From positions 47,744 to 111,743 of the forward strand of contig JBGPQP010000003.1 of the NCBI GenBank assembly GCA_041489155.1: 64,000 nucleotides of DNA, given 5' to 3'. Source of the stretch: Candidatus Aenigmatarchaeota archaeon (GTDB taxonomy: Archaea; Aenigmatarchaeota; Aenigmatarchaeia; QMZP01; QMZT01). The notes under the pieces were generated by a model, which did not search any database, had not been told where the DNA came from, and saw only the letters and a program-made list of their open reading frames with translations. The translations under genes and the position numbers were made by a program. Shown in pieces: positions 52,130-61,056 of this stretch (position 1 is the stretch's first letter; each line of letters opens with the position of its first letter).

Positions 52130-52689
52130 GCACATTCTGTTACAGAGCGGATTACTTCATCGCTGCTGGCAGGTGACTTGAGATCTATCGTCTTTATGCC
52201 CTTGCTGTCCGTGAAGATTTGATACCTGAAGCAGTAGGATCTTCCTCCTTCCAGCACAAGGTGGTTCCCGCCCGCCGGCAGCTGGAATCTGTAGGGTATG
52301 CCGATGCAGTAAGGGTTGTCCGCGACAGCGCTTTCGGTGCTGAGCCATGCGTAATCGAAGACCACGAGTATGTGCGAGGGCTTGGTGATGTCGCATTTAA
52401 GATTGCCCAGCGAAAAGCCGCCTATCTTGCTCGCCTCCATCCAGTTGTTGGTGACGATTATCTTTTTCACGCAGCTGCCCGCTATCACCGGCTGGTATCC
52501 GCTGTCCTTGTCCTGGCCGAACTGCCTGAAAAGCGAATGGAAGGCCTCGTTGACATCGAGGCCGCATTTGTCGTACTTGATTGCGTTTATCGCATAGAGA
52601 ATCGAAGGCAGTACGAAAAGGCAAATCATCACGATTACGAAAACGAAAATAATCTTTTCCTCTATGGCCAGCGTGCCAACCCTGCTCAT
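52126..52689 (-). CDS. Pilin-like Cys-rich membrane-anchored protein
   Basis: MSRVG|TLAIE followed by a hydrophobic helix; several Cys. Confidence 0.65.
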   Translation of the reverse strand: MSRVGTLAIEEKIIFVFVIVMICLFVLPSILYAINAIKYDKCGLDVNEAFHSLFRQFGQDKDSGYQPVIAGSCVKKIIVTNNWMEASKIGGFSLGNLKCDITKPSHILVVFDYAWLSTESAVADNPYCIGIPYRFQLPAGGNHLVLEGGRSYCFRYQIFTDSKGIKTIDLKSPASSDEVIRSVTECA

Positions 52690-52733
52690 AAAATTATTTT
52701 ATTTCCGGAAACTTAAAAACCAATGAAGTGCCG

Positions 52734-52874
52734 TCAGGGTTTGAAGAGGAACGGGAATATCTTGCTAAGCACAGCAGTCCAGCCGCCTGACATGTAGACT
52801 ATTAAGGCTATTGCCCCCATGAGGAGGACGAGGCCGATCAGCACGTCCAGAAACGGTAAGGAGCCTTTTTTCAT
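52734..52874 (-). CDS. 46-aa micro-pilin-like protein
   Basis: Not in the ORF track. MKKG|SLPFLDVLIGLVLLMGAIALIVYMSGGWTAVLSKIFPFLFKP; GGTGA SD. Confidence 0.7.
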   Translation of the reverse strand: MKKGSLPFLDVLIGLVLLMGAIALIVYMSGGWTAVLSKIFPFLFKP

Positions 52875-52887
52875 GCCAGCATCACCA

Positions 52888-53001
52888 TCACATCACGCCC
52901 ATCAACTTCAGCGAGGCCAAGATAGCTATGACCACCATCAGCAGCGTAAGCATCTGCAGACCATGCGCCGCAATCAAGTCCCCCAGACCAAAGCCTCTCA
53001 T
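52888..53001 (-). CDS. 37-aa micro-pilin-like membrane peptide
   Basis: Not in the ORF track. MRG|FGLGDLIAAHGLQMLTLLMVVIAILASLKLMGVM; TTTAAA element upstream. Confidence 0.55.
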   Translation of the reverse strand: MRGFGLGDLIAAHGLQMLTLLMVVIAILASLKLMGVM

Positions 53002-53110
53002 GATATCTTATTGGTTTTGGGATTTTAAATCCGCTTCAGAGCATAACAGAAGCGGATATGTGAAGGCTGGATATTCTAGCATTTAAGAAAGATTGTTCCA
53101 AATATTAATC

Positions 53111-54943
53111 ATGAAAGGCCTCGTTGACGAGAACGGCAAAATACTGGTTGAGGTCCTGATGTTCATGGTATTTTTCGCCTTCGGCGCCGCGATGTTGCTC
53201 GGCGCCTCGAAGCCTGTCGCAGGCTCGCAAAACTGGGTATGCAGCATCATACCCTGCCCCTTCGACAAGACCGCTTTTTACACGCAGACCGCGAACGAGT
53301 CCGCGGAAGCGGTCTGGTGCGCGATAAACTCGGTGGCGATGGGCAAGACCGACGAATCAGAGAGATGCATAAAATACGTCGAGGGCAAGGCGCCGCAGCA
53401 GTTCGCGAAAGATGCGAATGACAAGGTCATAAAATCGACCGCGGCAACCTTCAGCTGCAGCGTGGGCAAAGTGGATAAAAAGGTGGATGAAGCAAAAGGC
53501 AGTTTTTCCTGCGTTGTGACACAGTTCGAGCTGCCGCAGGACGTCTCGAAAACCAACAAGCTATTGCCCGGCTACGGTGACCCCAAATATCTCGTCTATT
53601 TCAACGAGTTCCCCGACGGCGAAGACGAGTCTTGGTCAACTTGGGCTGCCGTAAATGTCTTATTAACAGTCATACCAGTGGGTAAAATCCCTATTATAGG
53701 CAAGTTTGCTGAAGGCATTATCATGAAACCGCTTAAACTTTTAGGGAAAGGAGTTCTCAAATTAGGGAGTAAAACAATCGAATGGGCGGGAGGAAAGCTC
53801 GCTTTGAGAGCCGCTGAGTTTGAAATAAAAGAAAACGGAGAAATTTTCGTCAAAGGAATGTTAAAATCAGCTGCAGGCAAAATTGTTGGCAACAGTGTTA
53901 TATGGTATGACGGAGCAGAAGCGGCTATTGAAAAAACATTAGTCAGCGATATCGAAAGGGCTGCGGTGAAGGAAGGAATAGAAAAGACAGGCGTCGGCAT
54001 CGCTGGCAAAACCAGATATTATGCGCTTACATGGCTGGCGAGGGCTGCCGAGAAAGGGAGGCTGAAATATTTCTCAGATGATATAACCAAGATGTGGGTC
54101 AAAGCCGCCAACAAGGCAGGCCTTCTGACCGATGATGCCGTCGAATACCTTGTTAACAACAAGATAATCGAAAACAAGGGTCTGATAGCCTTCGTTGCCG
54201 AAGAGGAGCAAAAAGTCTTGGCAAACGAATTTACTCCGCTTCTGCAGAAACTATCAAAGAGCGGAGTCGCACAGCAGGATATAGATCAGATTGTAACTGT
54301 TCTGGAAAAAAGCCTGAAATCAGGCGGCGTTTCACCCATGACAGCTCAGGACCTTATAGAGCTACAGAAGGTCGCCGCTCCCAGCCTGGCGCAGAAGCTT
54401 GTAACTGCAGGAGTGGTGAGGCCAGGCGTGACTGCTTTCATACTTACGCCCAAATACATACTCGTTGGAAACACGGTAGGAGAAGGTCTCCAGTCCATTG
54501 ATGAAGTACTGGGCCAGAAATATCTTGCTGAAAACATCAAGGAAAAGACGCTGTTATTCAAGGACGCTGACCAGAGGATTGCCAGGCAGTTGCCTTTCAC
54601 GCAACCAATCTCCTTTTTGGAGACGGTAAAACTCAGAAAGCCAGTGCTGGAAAAGGACAAAAACTTTTATCTTGCAAGCCCATGCAAGGCCGATTTGTAT
54701 GTATGGAAATCAACCGACACAAATATATGCAAGGACGGCAAAAGAAGTTGCGTGTTGGTCAACGTCGACTTTAAAGATTATGGCAAGAACATGGACGCCA
54801 ATTTCTGCTACACCATGGGCGGACCGATAGGTGGAGGATTTCTAGGCCTAACACCTTGGCCGTGTCACGGCGTTGCATATCTAGATCAAGTTCCTCTGGT
54901 CAGCGATTTTTTAGACTGGATAGGCGTCGGTGAAAAATGCTAA
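53111..54943 (+). CDS. Large membrane-anchored protein with an MKG pilin-like start, Cys-rich flanks and a central helical domain
   Basis: MKG|LVDE followed by a TM segment; Cys-rich N- and C-terminal parts; Cys-free K/A/G-rich core. Confidence 0.75.
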   Translation: MKGLVDENGKILVEVLMFMVFFAFGAAMLLGASKPVAGSQNWVCSIIPCPFDKTAFYTQTANESAEAVWCAINSVAMGKTDESERCIKYVEGKAPQQFAKDANDKVIKSTAATFSCSVGKVDKKVDEAKGSFSCVVTQFELPQDVSKTNKLLPGYGDPKYLVYFNEFPDGEDESWSTWAAVNVLLTVIPVGKIPIIGKFAEGIIMKPLKLLGKGVLKLGSKTIEWAGGKLALRAAEFEIKENGEIFVKGMLKSAAGKIVGNSVIWYDGAEAAIEKTLVSDIERAAVKEGIEKTGVGIAGKTRYYALTWLARAAEKGRLKYFSDDITKMWVKAANKAGLLTDDAVEYLVNNKIIENKGLIAFVAEEEQKVLANEFTPLLQKLSKSGVAQQDIDQIVTVLEKSLKSGGVSPMTAQDLIELQKVAAPSLAQKLVTAGVVRPGVTAFILTPKYILVGNTVGEGLQSIDEVLGQKYLAENIKEKTLLFKDADQRIARQLPFTQPISFLETVKLRKPVLEKDKNFYLASPCKADLYVWKSTDTNICKDGKRSCVLVNVDFKDYGKNMDANFCYTMGGPIGGGFLGLTPWPCHGVAYLDQVPLVSDFLDWIGVGEKC

Positions 54944-54989
54944 GATTGTATCGAGAAATGTTTTTAAATTTCATCACATTTTTTGTGGA

Positions 54990-55562
54990 TTATACAACAC
55001 CGTTATTATAAAGATTGTTTATAGAAGGTAAGAAGTTCCCACCTCTAGTAGATATTTTTAAAGAATCTCTCATGCTTCCGTTTATATTTAAATCGGCTTG
55101 CATCATCTCAACTGAAGAATTACTCCTAATATTAATGATTGTCACATTACTTATATCTTGGGGGTATTTTTCTAAAAGTCTTCTGGCCTGTGTTCTAAAT
55201 TGATCAATGCTTCTAAACAAACCTAAATCCCCCCTGCCCCCTAGGTTCGTTCCCATTACTTTTAAAAGGTCTTCCTCTTTTCCTGGATTTGTTCTAACAT
55301 GCTGAAGCATGTCGTAAAAGGCATAAACAGCTTTTTTGGGCGTGTTAAAATCGTATGACGCATCAGGAATTCCATCGACGTAAAGAGTTTCGCCGATGCC
55401 GTAATTGCCACCGGCCGCGGCCGAGCCAGAAGCCCCATTCGCTTGAGGAGTTTTGCCGGTGCCGTAATTATTGCTGCCAAACGCCTTTCTTCCCAAAAGC
55501 AGCGTACCGGCAGCTGTACCCAATCCTAACCCAAGAAAATGCCTTCTTGTTATGTTTCCCAT
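54990..55562 (-). CDS. Secreted protein with a twin-arginine signal peptide
   Basis: ITRRHFLG followed by a hydrophobic stretch and KAFG; AT-rich. Confidence 0.7.
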   Translation of the reverse strand: MGNITRRHFLGLGLGTAAGTLLLGRKAFGSNNYGTGKTPQANGASGSAAAGGNYGIGETLYVDGIPDASYDFNTPKKAVYAFYDMLQHVRTNPGKEEDLLKVMGTNLGGRGDLGLFRSIDQFRTQARRLLEKYPQDISNVTIINIRSNSSVEMMQADLNINGSMRDSLKISTRGGNFLPSINNLYNNGVV

Positions 55563-55756
55563 AATTCCACATCCTTATTTTTAATTATGGCTTTAAGCTT
55601 AATTTTTACCACCTTTAAGTGGTTTTTATATTGAGCATAGCCAATGCTCATGTCGTTATTAAAATTTTGAATTTGGGGGTTTAAAAACCTTTTTGACCCC
55701 CTACCAGCCCTGAAAAAAGCCCTTTTTGGCTGCGGAGAGGGAATGTGGCCGGTAGA

Positions 55757-56077
55757 TCACGGTTTCCACGTGTTGAACGGGCACTTGGATACTAAGACTT
55801 TGTTGACCTCTTCGCATTTGCAGCCGCCCTTCGCGGCCAGTATCTGGGCGCAGCTCCTGGTCTCGCCCGTCACCTGGTTCCTGTACTTGGGTACGTTCCA
55901 GGTTCCCGGCTCTTTGCCCATGGCGGGGCAGAAGGTGTTGAACTCGGCTATGCACAGGTTTTCTTCCTGCGTGAAGCCGGTCGTTATGAAAATCTGGTTG
56001 CTGAAGAAGACTATCACGACTGCTGCGCAGACCATCAATACGATGGCGACAACAAGAATCTGTATTGGCATCTCCAT
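55757..56077 (-). CDS. Pilin-like Cys-rich small protein
   Basis: MEMPIQILVVAIVLMV hydrophobic N-terminus; C...C...P.TW.V...SC pattern shared with the neighbouring gene. Confidence 0.75.
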   Translation of the reverse strand: MEMPIQILVVAIVLMVCAAVVIVFFSNQIFITTGFTQEENLCIAEFNTFCPAMGKEPGTWNVPKYRNQVTGETRSCAQILAAKGGCKCEEVNKVLVSKCPFNTWKP

Positions 56078-56127
56078 ATTAAATAATTGGGAAAAGGCAA
56101 ATAAAAGATTTCGGCTTCATTCGCCGT

Positions 56128-56442
56128 TTATGGCATGGCAGGTACGGTGAAACCGCAGCTTTGGCACGTGGTGCTGCATGTACCGCCTATCAGGGCCTGG
56201 CATGACATAGTTTTTACTTCATTCGAGCCGGACTGCCTGACGTTCTTGGTCGCGACCGACCACGTCGGAGACAGCTGCCCGGTTGCCCTGCATGACGCGC
56301 CGCCCTCGTTGGCGCACTGGCTTCTTGCCGTGCTCATATCCGCAACTCCTATCATGCCTGTTCCAAAAATAGTCAGCATCACAAGCGCAACAACCAGAAT
56401 CACTATCGCAGTGACCACGAGCTCAAGCGACATCCTCGGCAT
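56128..56442 (-). CDS. Pilin-like Cys-rich small protein
   Basis: MPRMSLELVVTAIVILVVALV N-terminus; paralogous Cys pattern; GAGGTG SD. Confidence 0.75.
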   Translation of the reverse strand: MPRMSLELVVTAIVILVVALVMLTIFGTGMIGVADMSTARSQCANEGGASCRATGQLSPTWSVATKNVRQSGSNEVKTMSCQALIGGTCSTTCQSCGFTVPAMP

Positions 56443-56523
56443 AAAAACACCTCAACCCCTCAATATTTATAGTTTGATTAAGGTCATTTATAAAGTTTGG
56501 TTTTTGCTGCGGAGGACGCGTTA

Positions 56524-56685
56524 TCAGCCAGTTTTGATGGGCACACCCAGGTCTTTGAAGAAGTTGAATATGCCCTGCAGCATGTCGTTGGATTTGCCCG
56601 ACCAGGCGCCGGAAAGGGCCAGAAGTATGACCAGCGTCACTATCATCAGTAGCATAACCACTACAATCTTCATCGGGAATTCCAT
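56524..56685 (-). CDS. 53-aa pilin-like peptide
   Basis: Not in the ORF track. MEFPMKIVVVMLLMIVTLVILLALSGAWSGKSNDMLQGIFNFFKDLGVPIKTG; GGAGG SD. Confidence 0.7.
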   Translation of the reverse strand: MEFPMKIVVVMLLMIVTLVILLALSGAWSGKSNDMLQGIFNFFKDLGVPIKTG

Positions 56686-56780
56686 GCTTAATTATTCCTC
56701 CAGCGCGCTTAATAATCTGCATTCCCCGCGCGGCGTTTGTGACGTTTCAAATATAAAATTTGGCAGCACAATATTATAAC

Positions 56781-57488
56781 ATGTCGAAAAAACTGATTGA
56801 AGCCGCACTATTCATGTCCTCAAGGCCGATGACGCACGAGGAAATCGCCAAGATAACGGGCGTCCCTGTCAGAAGCCTGGAGAAGCATCTGGCCCAGCTG
56901 CAGAAGGAATACGCCGAGAAGGGCGTCGAAATCATCCGCGGCCCCGAGGGATGGTATATGAGAGTCAAGCCTGAGCTGCTACCCAAGGTCGCGCACCTCA
57001 CGCCCTATTCCGACCTGAAGGACGGCCACAAGCGCACGCTCGCGCTGGTCGCGTACAAGGAGCCGGTCAAGCAGAGCGACGTCGTTCATATCCAGGGCAA
57101 CAAGGCCTACGCTTACGTCAAGTTCCTGCGCAAGAAAGGCCTGATAAAATCCGAAAAAGAAGGCAGGACAGCGAACCTCATGATCACAAAGGAATTCGAG
57201 CGCTATTTCGGCCTCGGGCGCGCGAAGATAAAAGAAATGCTGCGCCAGTCGATGGAAGCGGAGAAGGCGAAGGCGGATGAAAAACCAAAAGCCGAGGCGA
57301 AGCCTCTGCCGGCGGCAAAGCCGGAAGCTGCCAAAACGCCGCCCACGAACGTGCAGTATATAGAAGTAAGGAAAGAACAAAAGCAAGAAGAGGACGGAAA
57401 ACCTGAGGAAAGGAAAGTCGTAATAAGGAAATCCAGGAAGACCACGCCTGCCGGAAGAATCGGCACGCGAAGGCCGGCCGTCAGCTAG
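56781..57488 (+). CDS. scpB: SMC-Scp complex subunit ScpB
   Basis: LIEAALF, TLALVAYKEPV and TKEFERYFGL motifs. Confidence 0.92.
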   Translation: MSKKLIEAALFMSSRPMTHEEIAKITGVPVRSLEKHLAQLQKEYAEKGVEIIRGPEGWYMRVKPELLPKVAHLTPYSDLKDGHKRTLALVAYKEPVKQSDVVHIQGNKAYAYVKFLRKKGLIKSEKEGRTANLMITKEFERYFGLGRAKIKEMLRQSMEAEKAKADEKPKAEAKPLPAAKPEAAKTPPTNVQYIEVRKEQKQEEDGKPEERKVVIRKSRKTTPAGRIGTRRPAVS

Positions 57489-57572
57489 AATTTTTTCCTG
57501 CGGGTCCTATTTGTTTGCGAGCAAGTCAAACATAAATTAACCAATATAAGATAGCTCGCTCAACATTTAGTT

Positions 57573-60140
57573 ATGAGGGCATGGGTTTTGTTTTTAGCGG
57601 TTGCAATATTGTTATCATTCTCGCCTTTCCAGGCGGAAGCGGTGAGCCAGAACTGCGCGCCTACAGCGGGCGACTGGTTCGTTAACGAAACAGTCTTCTG
57701 CGAGAACGAGGACATCGTGTTCAGCGGCAGCCTGCTCGTCAACGCTTCGGGCAACATAACCTTCCTGAATTCGAAGCTTGGCTTCAACTCGAGCACGGAC
57801 GGCGAGTTCGGCATAGAGGTGAACGGCTCATTCTATTTGATAGGCTCGAGGATAGCGAACAGTTCGGATACGAACAAGGCTTACACCTTCTTTTCAAACG
57901 CCGGCGCGCAGGTAGAGATGCGCGATTCCGTGATATATCACTGCGGCTACGGCACAACCGACAGCAAGAAGATGGGAGTTTATCTGAAATCAGACGGCTC
58001 CAACATCACCAACATGACCTTCACCGGCAACAACGCAGCGCTTATGGTCGTTTCAAACGGCAACAACATCTCGGGCAGCCGCATGAGCGCCAACAAATAC
58101 GGCCTCGATATCAGAGGGTCGGGCAACACCATCACCAACAACACGATATCGGCCAATAGCATCTATCCTCTTTATCTTTTTGGCGGGAGCGTCGTTTTCA
58201 GCAACAACGTCATCGAGGACAACACAATGGATGACTACATCTTGTTCGAGCTGAACGCCTCGCTGATAAGCGGCAACCGCTTCTCCCGCAACTCGGAAGG
58301 CATCAAAATAACGGGAAGGAACGACAACGTGACCGGCAACCTTTTCAGCCTCACCAACAGCACTGCTGGCAGCGCTGTTTATTTTTCGGATGCTGAAAAC
58401 ATAAGATTCACCAGCAATACGCTCCTTGATAACAGCGTCTATGGCGTCTACTTCCAGCGCACCAAAAACACGGTGATGGAAGGAAACCACATAAACAGGA
58501 CCAGCAGCATGGACTTTTACCTGCTTTCCGCTGCGAACAACATCATGAGCAATAATAACTACACCAAACTGGTGAGGAAATGGAGGCTTGACCTGCGGGT
58601 GTTGGACAACAACAATACCGCTGTCGGGCTCGTGAGCGTCACAATAAGGAATAATTTATCAATGTCAGTTTTCAGCGGTTCTACAGATACGCAAGGAAGG
58701 ATTAATTATCAAATCATCACGGAATTCATGCAGAATGAGTCCGGTGCCTGGAATTACAACCCGTTCTCAGCGAATGCGAGCAAGACAGGGTATTACGGGA
58801 ACTCGACCGCCTTCAACCTGACGAGCGACCTCTCGCTTGTGATGATAATCACCCCCGTTCCGCCTCCGCCGGAAAACGAAACCTTCAACTTCACGGTAAT
58901 CTCGCCTCTTAACGACACCTACACGAAGCGCAACCTTACGACTACTGGCATGCTCCTGCTCTCGGTAAGCAGCGAAAAGAATATGAGCTGGTGCAATTAT
59001 ACGTTCGGCAACGCTTCAGCCGAGCTTACCAAGACGGACCCGAAAGATTTCCGCGCCTACATAAACGTCAGCGCTTTCGAAGGCGCATACGCGGTTGGCT
59101 TTGTCTGCAGCTCTGTCGACGGGATAACGAATTCGACGGAGGCGTATTTCTCGATCTATCCAGCATATGAATGCACCGACAACGACGAATGCGACAGCGA
59201 CCAGAGATGCCTCCTTTACACGTGCGTAGATCTCGAATGCGGCTGCGGCTACGCATCGAATCATGCATGCATCGATTACGCATGCTGCAAGGACAGCGAC
59301 TGCAGCGGCAACCAGACCTGCGACCTGGAGGGACACGTGTGCGCCGCGGTTTCGTGCGGGTGCCCTGAAAAAATATCCAATCACCAGTGCAGCATACCGC
59401 TCGGCTACTGCTGCAACGACCTCCTTTGCGAGGAAAACGAGACCTGCGAGGACCACGCATGCGTGGAAAGGACGCTTTCCTTCAGAATGCCCGAAACCCT
59501 GGTTTACGGGGAAAATGTCACCGTACTGGTCTTGGACCAGGACGACAACCCTGTCAGCAACGTGGGCATAGACGTCAAATACCCTGACGCCGACCCGCCA
59601 ATAATAGAGTCTTATTACACCGACGTGAACGGCAAGGCCGAGATCCCGATAAAATACTGGGGCAGGGTCAATTTCATTGCCCGCAAGGCGAAATATTTCA
59701 CAGGCCTTTCTAACGCCCAAATCCCCGAGCCCATGAACTGGCTTTTCGTGCTTGAGATAATAGTCCTCATAGGCGCTGTAGCGGGCATAGCTGTGATAGC
59801 GCCGAAGTTCATAAAGAAGGGCGGCGTTTCGCTCGGCGGGCTCGGCGGAGGGCCGTTCAAGCTCGAGAAAACGGTTAGCGGTAACCGCGTGATGCTCACG
59901 CTGGTCAACAAGACCAAGAAGAAGCTGCAGGACATAACGGTCCGCGATTCCGTCCCCAACGGCGCGTTCCTTGACAGCAGGCTGATGCCCAAGGTCGAGC
60001 CCTTCGATCAGGCAAACGTGATGCTCACGTGGGAAATTCTCGAGCTGGGGCCGAAGGAAGAGGTGACAATCGAATATGAAGCCCGCGCCACCAACAAGGG
60101 CTTCTCCGTGCTGTGCGACAACAAGGAATACAGGGCCTAG
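57573..60140 (+). CDS. Cell-surface protein: signal peptide, parallel beta-helix, Cys-rich repeats, TM helix and a cytoplasmic C-domain
   Basis: Asn-rich NosD-like repeats, many NxS/T sequons, three C..D.DC...Q/E.C repeats and a TM helix near the C-terminus. Confidence 0.85.
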   Translation: MRAWVLFLAVAILLSFSPFQAEAVSQNCAPTAGDWFVNETVFCENEDIVFSGSLLVNASGNITFLNSKLGFNSSTDGEFGIEVNGSFYLIGSRIANSSDTNKAYTFFSNAGAQVEMRDSVIYHCGYGTTDSKKMGVYLKSDGSNITNMTFTGNNAALMVVSNGNNISGSRMSANKYGLDIRGSGNTITNNTISANSIYPLYLFGGSVVFSNNVIEDNTMDDYILFELNASLISGNRFSRNSEGIKITGRNDNVTGNLFSLTNSTAGSAVYFSDAENIRFTSNTLLDNSVYGVYFQRTKNTVMEGNHINRTSSMDFYLLSAANNIMSNNNYTKLVRKWRLDLRVLDNNNTAVGLVSVTIRNNLSMSVFSGSTDTQGRINYQIITEFMQNESGAWNYNPFSANASKTGYYGNSTAFNLTSDLSLVMIITPVPPPPENETFNFTVISPLNDTYTKRNLTTTGMLLLSVSSEKNMSWCNYTFGNASAELTKTDPKDFRAYINVSAFEGAYAVGFVCSSVDGITNSTEAYFSIYPAYECTDNDECDSDQRCLLYTCVDLECGCGYASNHACIDYACCKDSDCSGNQTCDLEGHVCAAVSCGCPEKISNHQCSIPLGYCCNDLLCEENETCEDHACVERTLSFRMPETLVYGENVTVLVLDQDDNPVSNVGIDVKYPDADPPIIESYYTDVNGKAEIPIKYWGRVNFIARKAKYFTGLSNAQIPEPMNWLFVLEIIVLIGAVAGIAVIAPKFIKKGGVSLGGLGGGPFKLEKTVSGNRVMLTLVNKTKKKLQDITVRDSVPNGAFLDSRLMPKVEPFDQANVMLTWEILELGPKEEVTIEYEARATNKGFSVLCDNKEYRA

Positions 60141-60211
60141 ATGCTTATTTCTTCTTTTGCAGTCAAGCGAAGCGGAAAACTTTTAAATACTATATATGAA
60201 TATTAGATACT

Positions 60212-60487
60212 ATGCCAACGAGAAGCAGGCGATCAAGGACGTTCAGGAAAATCAAGGTAAGGACGCCCGGCGGCAGAACGGTCATGCATTACGGCGAGAA
60301 GAAAAACGCCTTCGCGAAATGCGCCGTGTGCAAGAAGCCTTTGTCAGGCGTGCCCATCGGAAGGGATTCGGACATAGCGAAACTCTCGAAGTCCGAGCGA
60401 CGCCCTGAACGGCCGTTCGGAGGACATCTGTGTCCGTCATGCTCGCGCAGGGAAATCAAGAAGAGACTCTTCGAGTCAGTCCAATAG
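60212..60487 (+). CDS. rpl34e: 50S ribosomal protein L34e
   Basis: RTPGGR, CAVC and RPERPFGGHLCPSC motifs. Confidence 0.96.
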   Translation: MPTRSRRSRTFRKIKVRTPGGRTVMHYGEKKNAFAKCAVCKKPLSGVPIGRDSDIAKLSKSERRPERPFGGHLCPSCSRREIKKRLFESVQ

Positions 60488-60510
60488 GCGACTATTAGGA
60501 GGTAAGGTTT

Positions 60511-60993
60511 ATGTTCGATATAGGAAGAATATGCATGAAGACCGCCGGCAGGGAAGCCGGCAGGTATTGCGTCGTTGTGGCGAAGGAAAAGGACAAAGAG
60601 TTCCTTTTGATAACCGGGCCGAAAGCAGCGACGAAGGTGAGGAGAAGGAAGTGCAACATCAATCACCTTGAGCCGACGCCTTTGAAGATAGAGATAAAGG
60701 AGAACGCGCCGGACGAGCACATTCTTGAAGCCTATGAAAAGGAAGACATCTATTCGAAGCTCAGGATTCTGAAGCCGGGCGAGGTGCCTGTCGAAAGGCA
60801 GCGCAAGGAAGAAAAAGCGGAAGAGAAACACGAGGAAAGCAAAGAGCGCGAAGAGAAGGCCGAGCACGCGCATGAGCACAAAGCAGAGAAGAAAGAGCAC
60901 AAACACGAAGAACACAAAGAGCACGAGCACAAGGCTGAACACAAGGAAGCAAAGCCCAAGAAAACGCGCGCCAAGAAAGCGAAGAAAGAGTAA
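60511..60993 (+). CDS. rpl14e: 50S ribosomal protein L14e with a His/Glu/Lys-rich tail
   Basis: IGRICMKTAGREAG, LITGP and VRRRKCNINHLEPT motifs. Confidence 0.95.
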   Translation: MFDIGRICMKTAGREAGRYCVVVAKEKDKEFLLITGPKAATKVRRRKCNINHLEPTPLKIEIKENAPDEHILEAYEKEDIYSKLRILKPGEVPVERQRKEEKAEEKHEESKEREEKAEHAHEHKAEKKEHKHEEHKEHEHKAEHKEAKPKKTRAKKAKKE

Positions 60994-61056
60994 AGCCTTC
61001 CATTTAAATTTTATTTACGCTTTTTATCAGAACTAATGGCTAGAATAATCTGCTTT

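Noticed and set aside
48018..56685. Prophage lysis cassette or bacterial contamination
   Set aside because: No phage structural, holin-like or integrase genes were recognised. The flanks include archaeal alba and L34e/L14e, composition is similar to the backbone, and the enzymes are fused to archaeal-style leaders.
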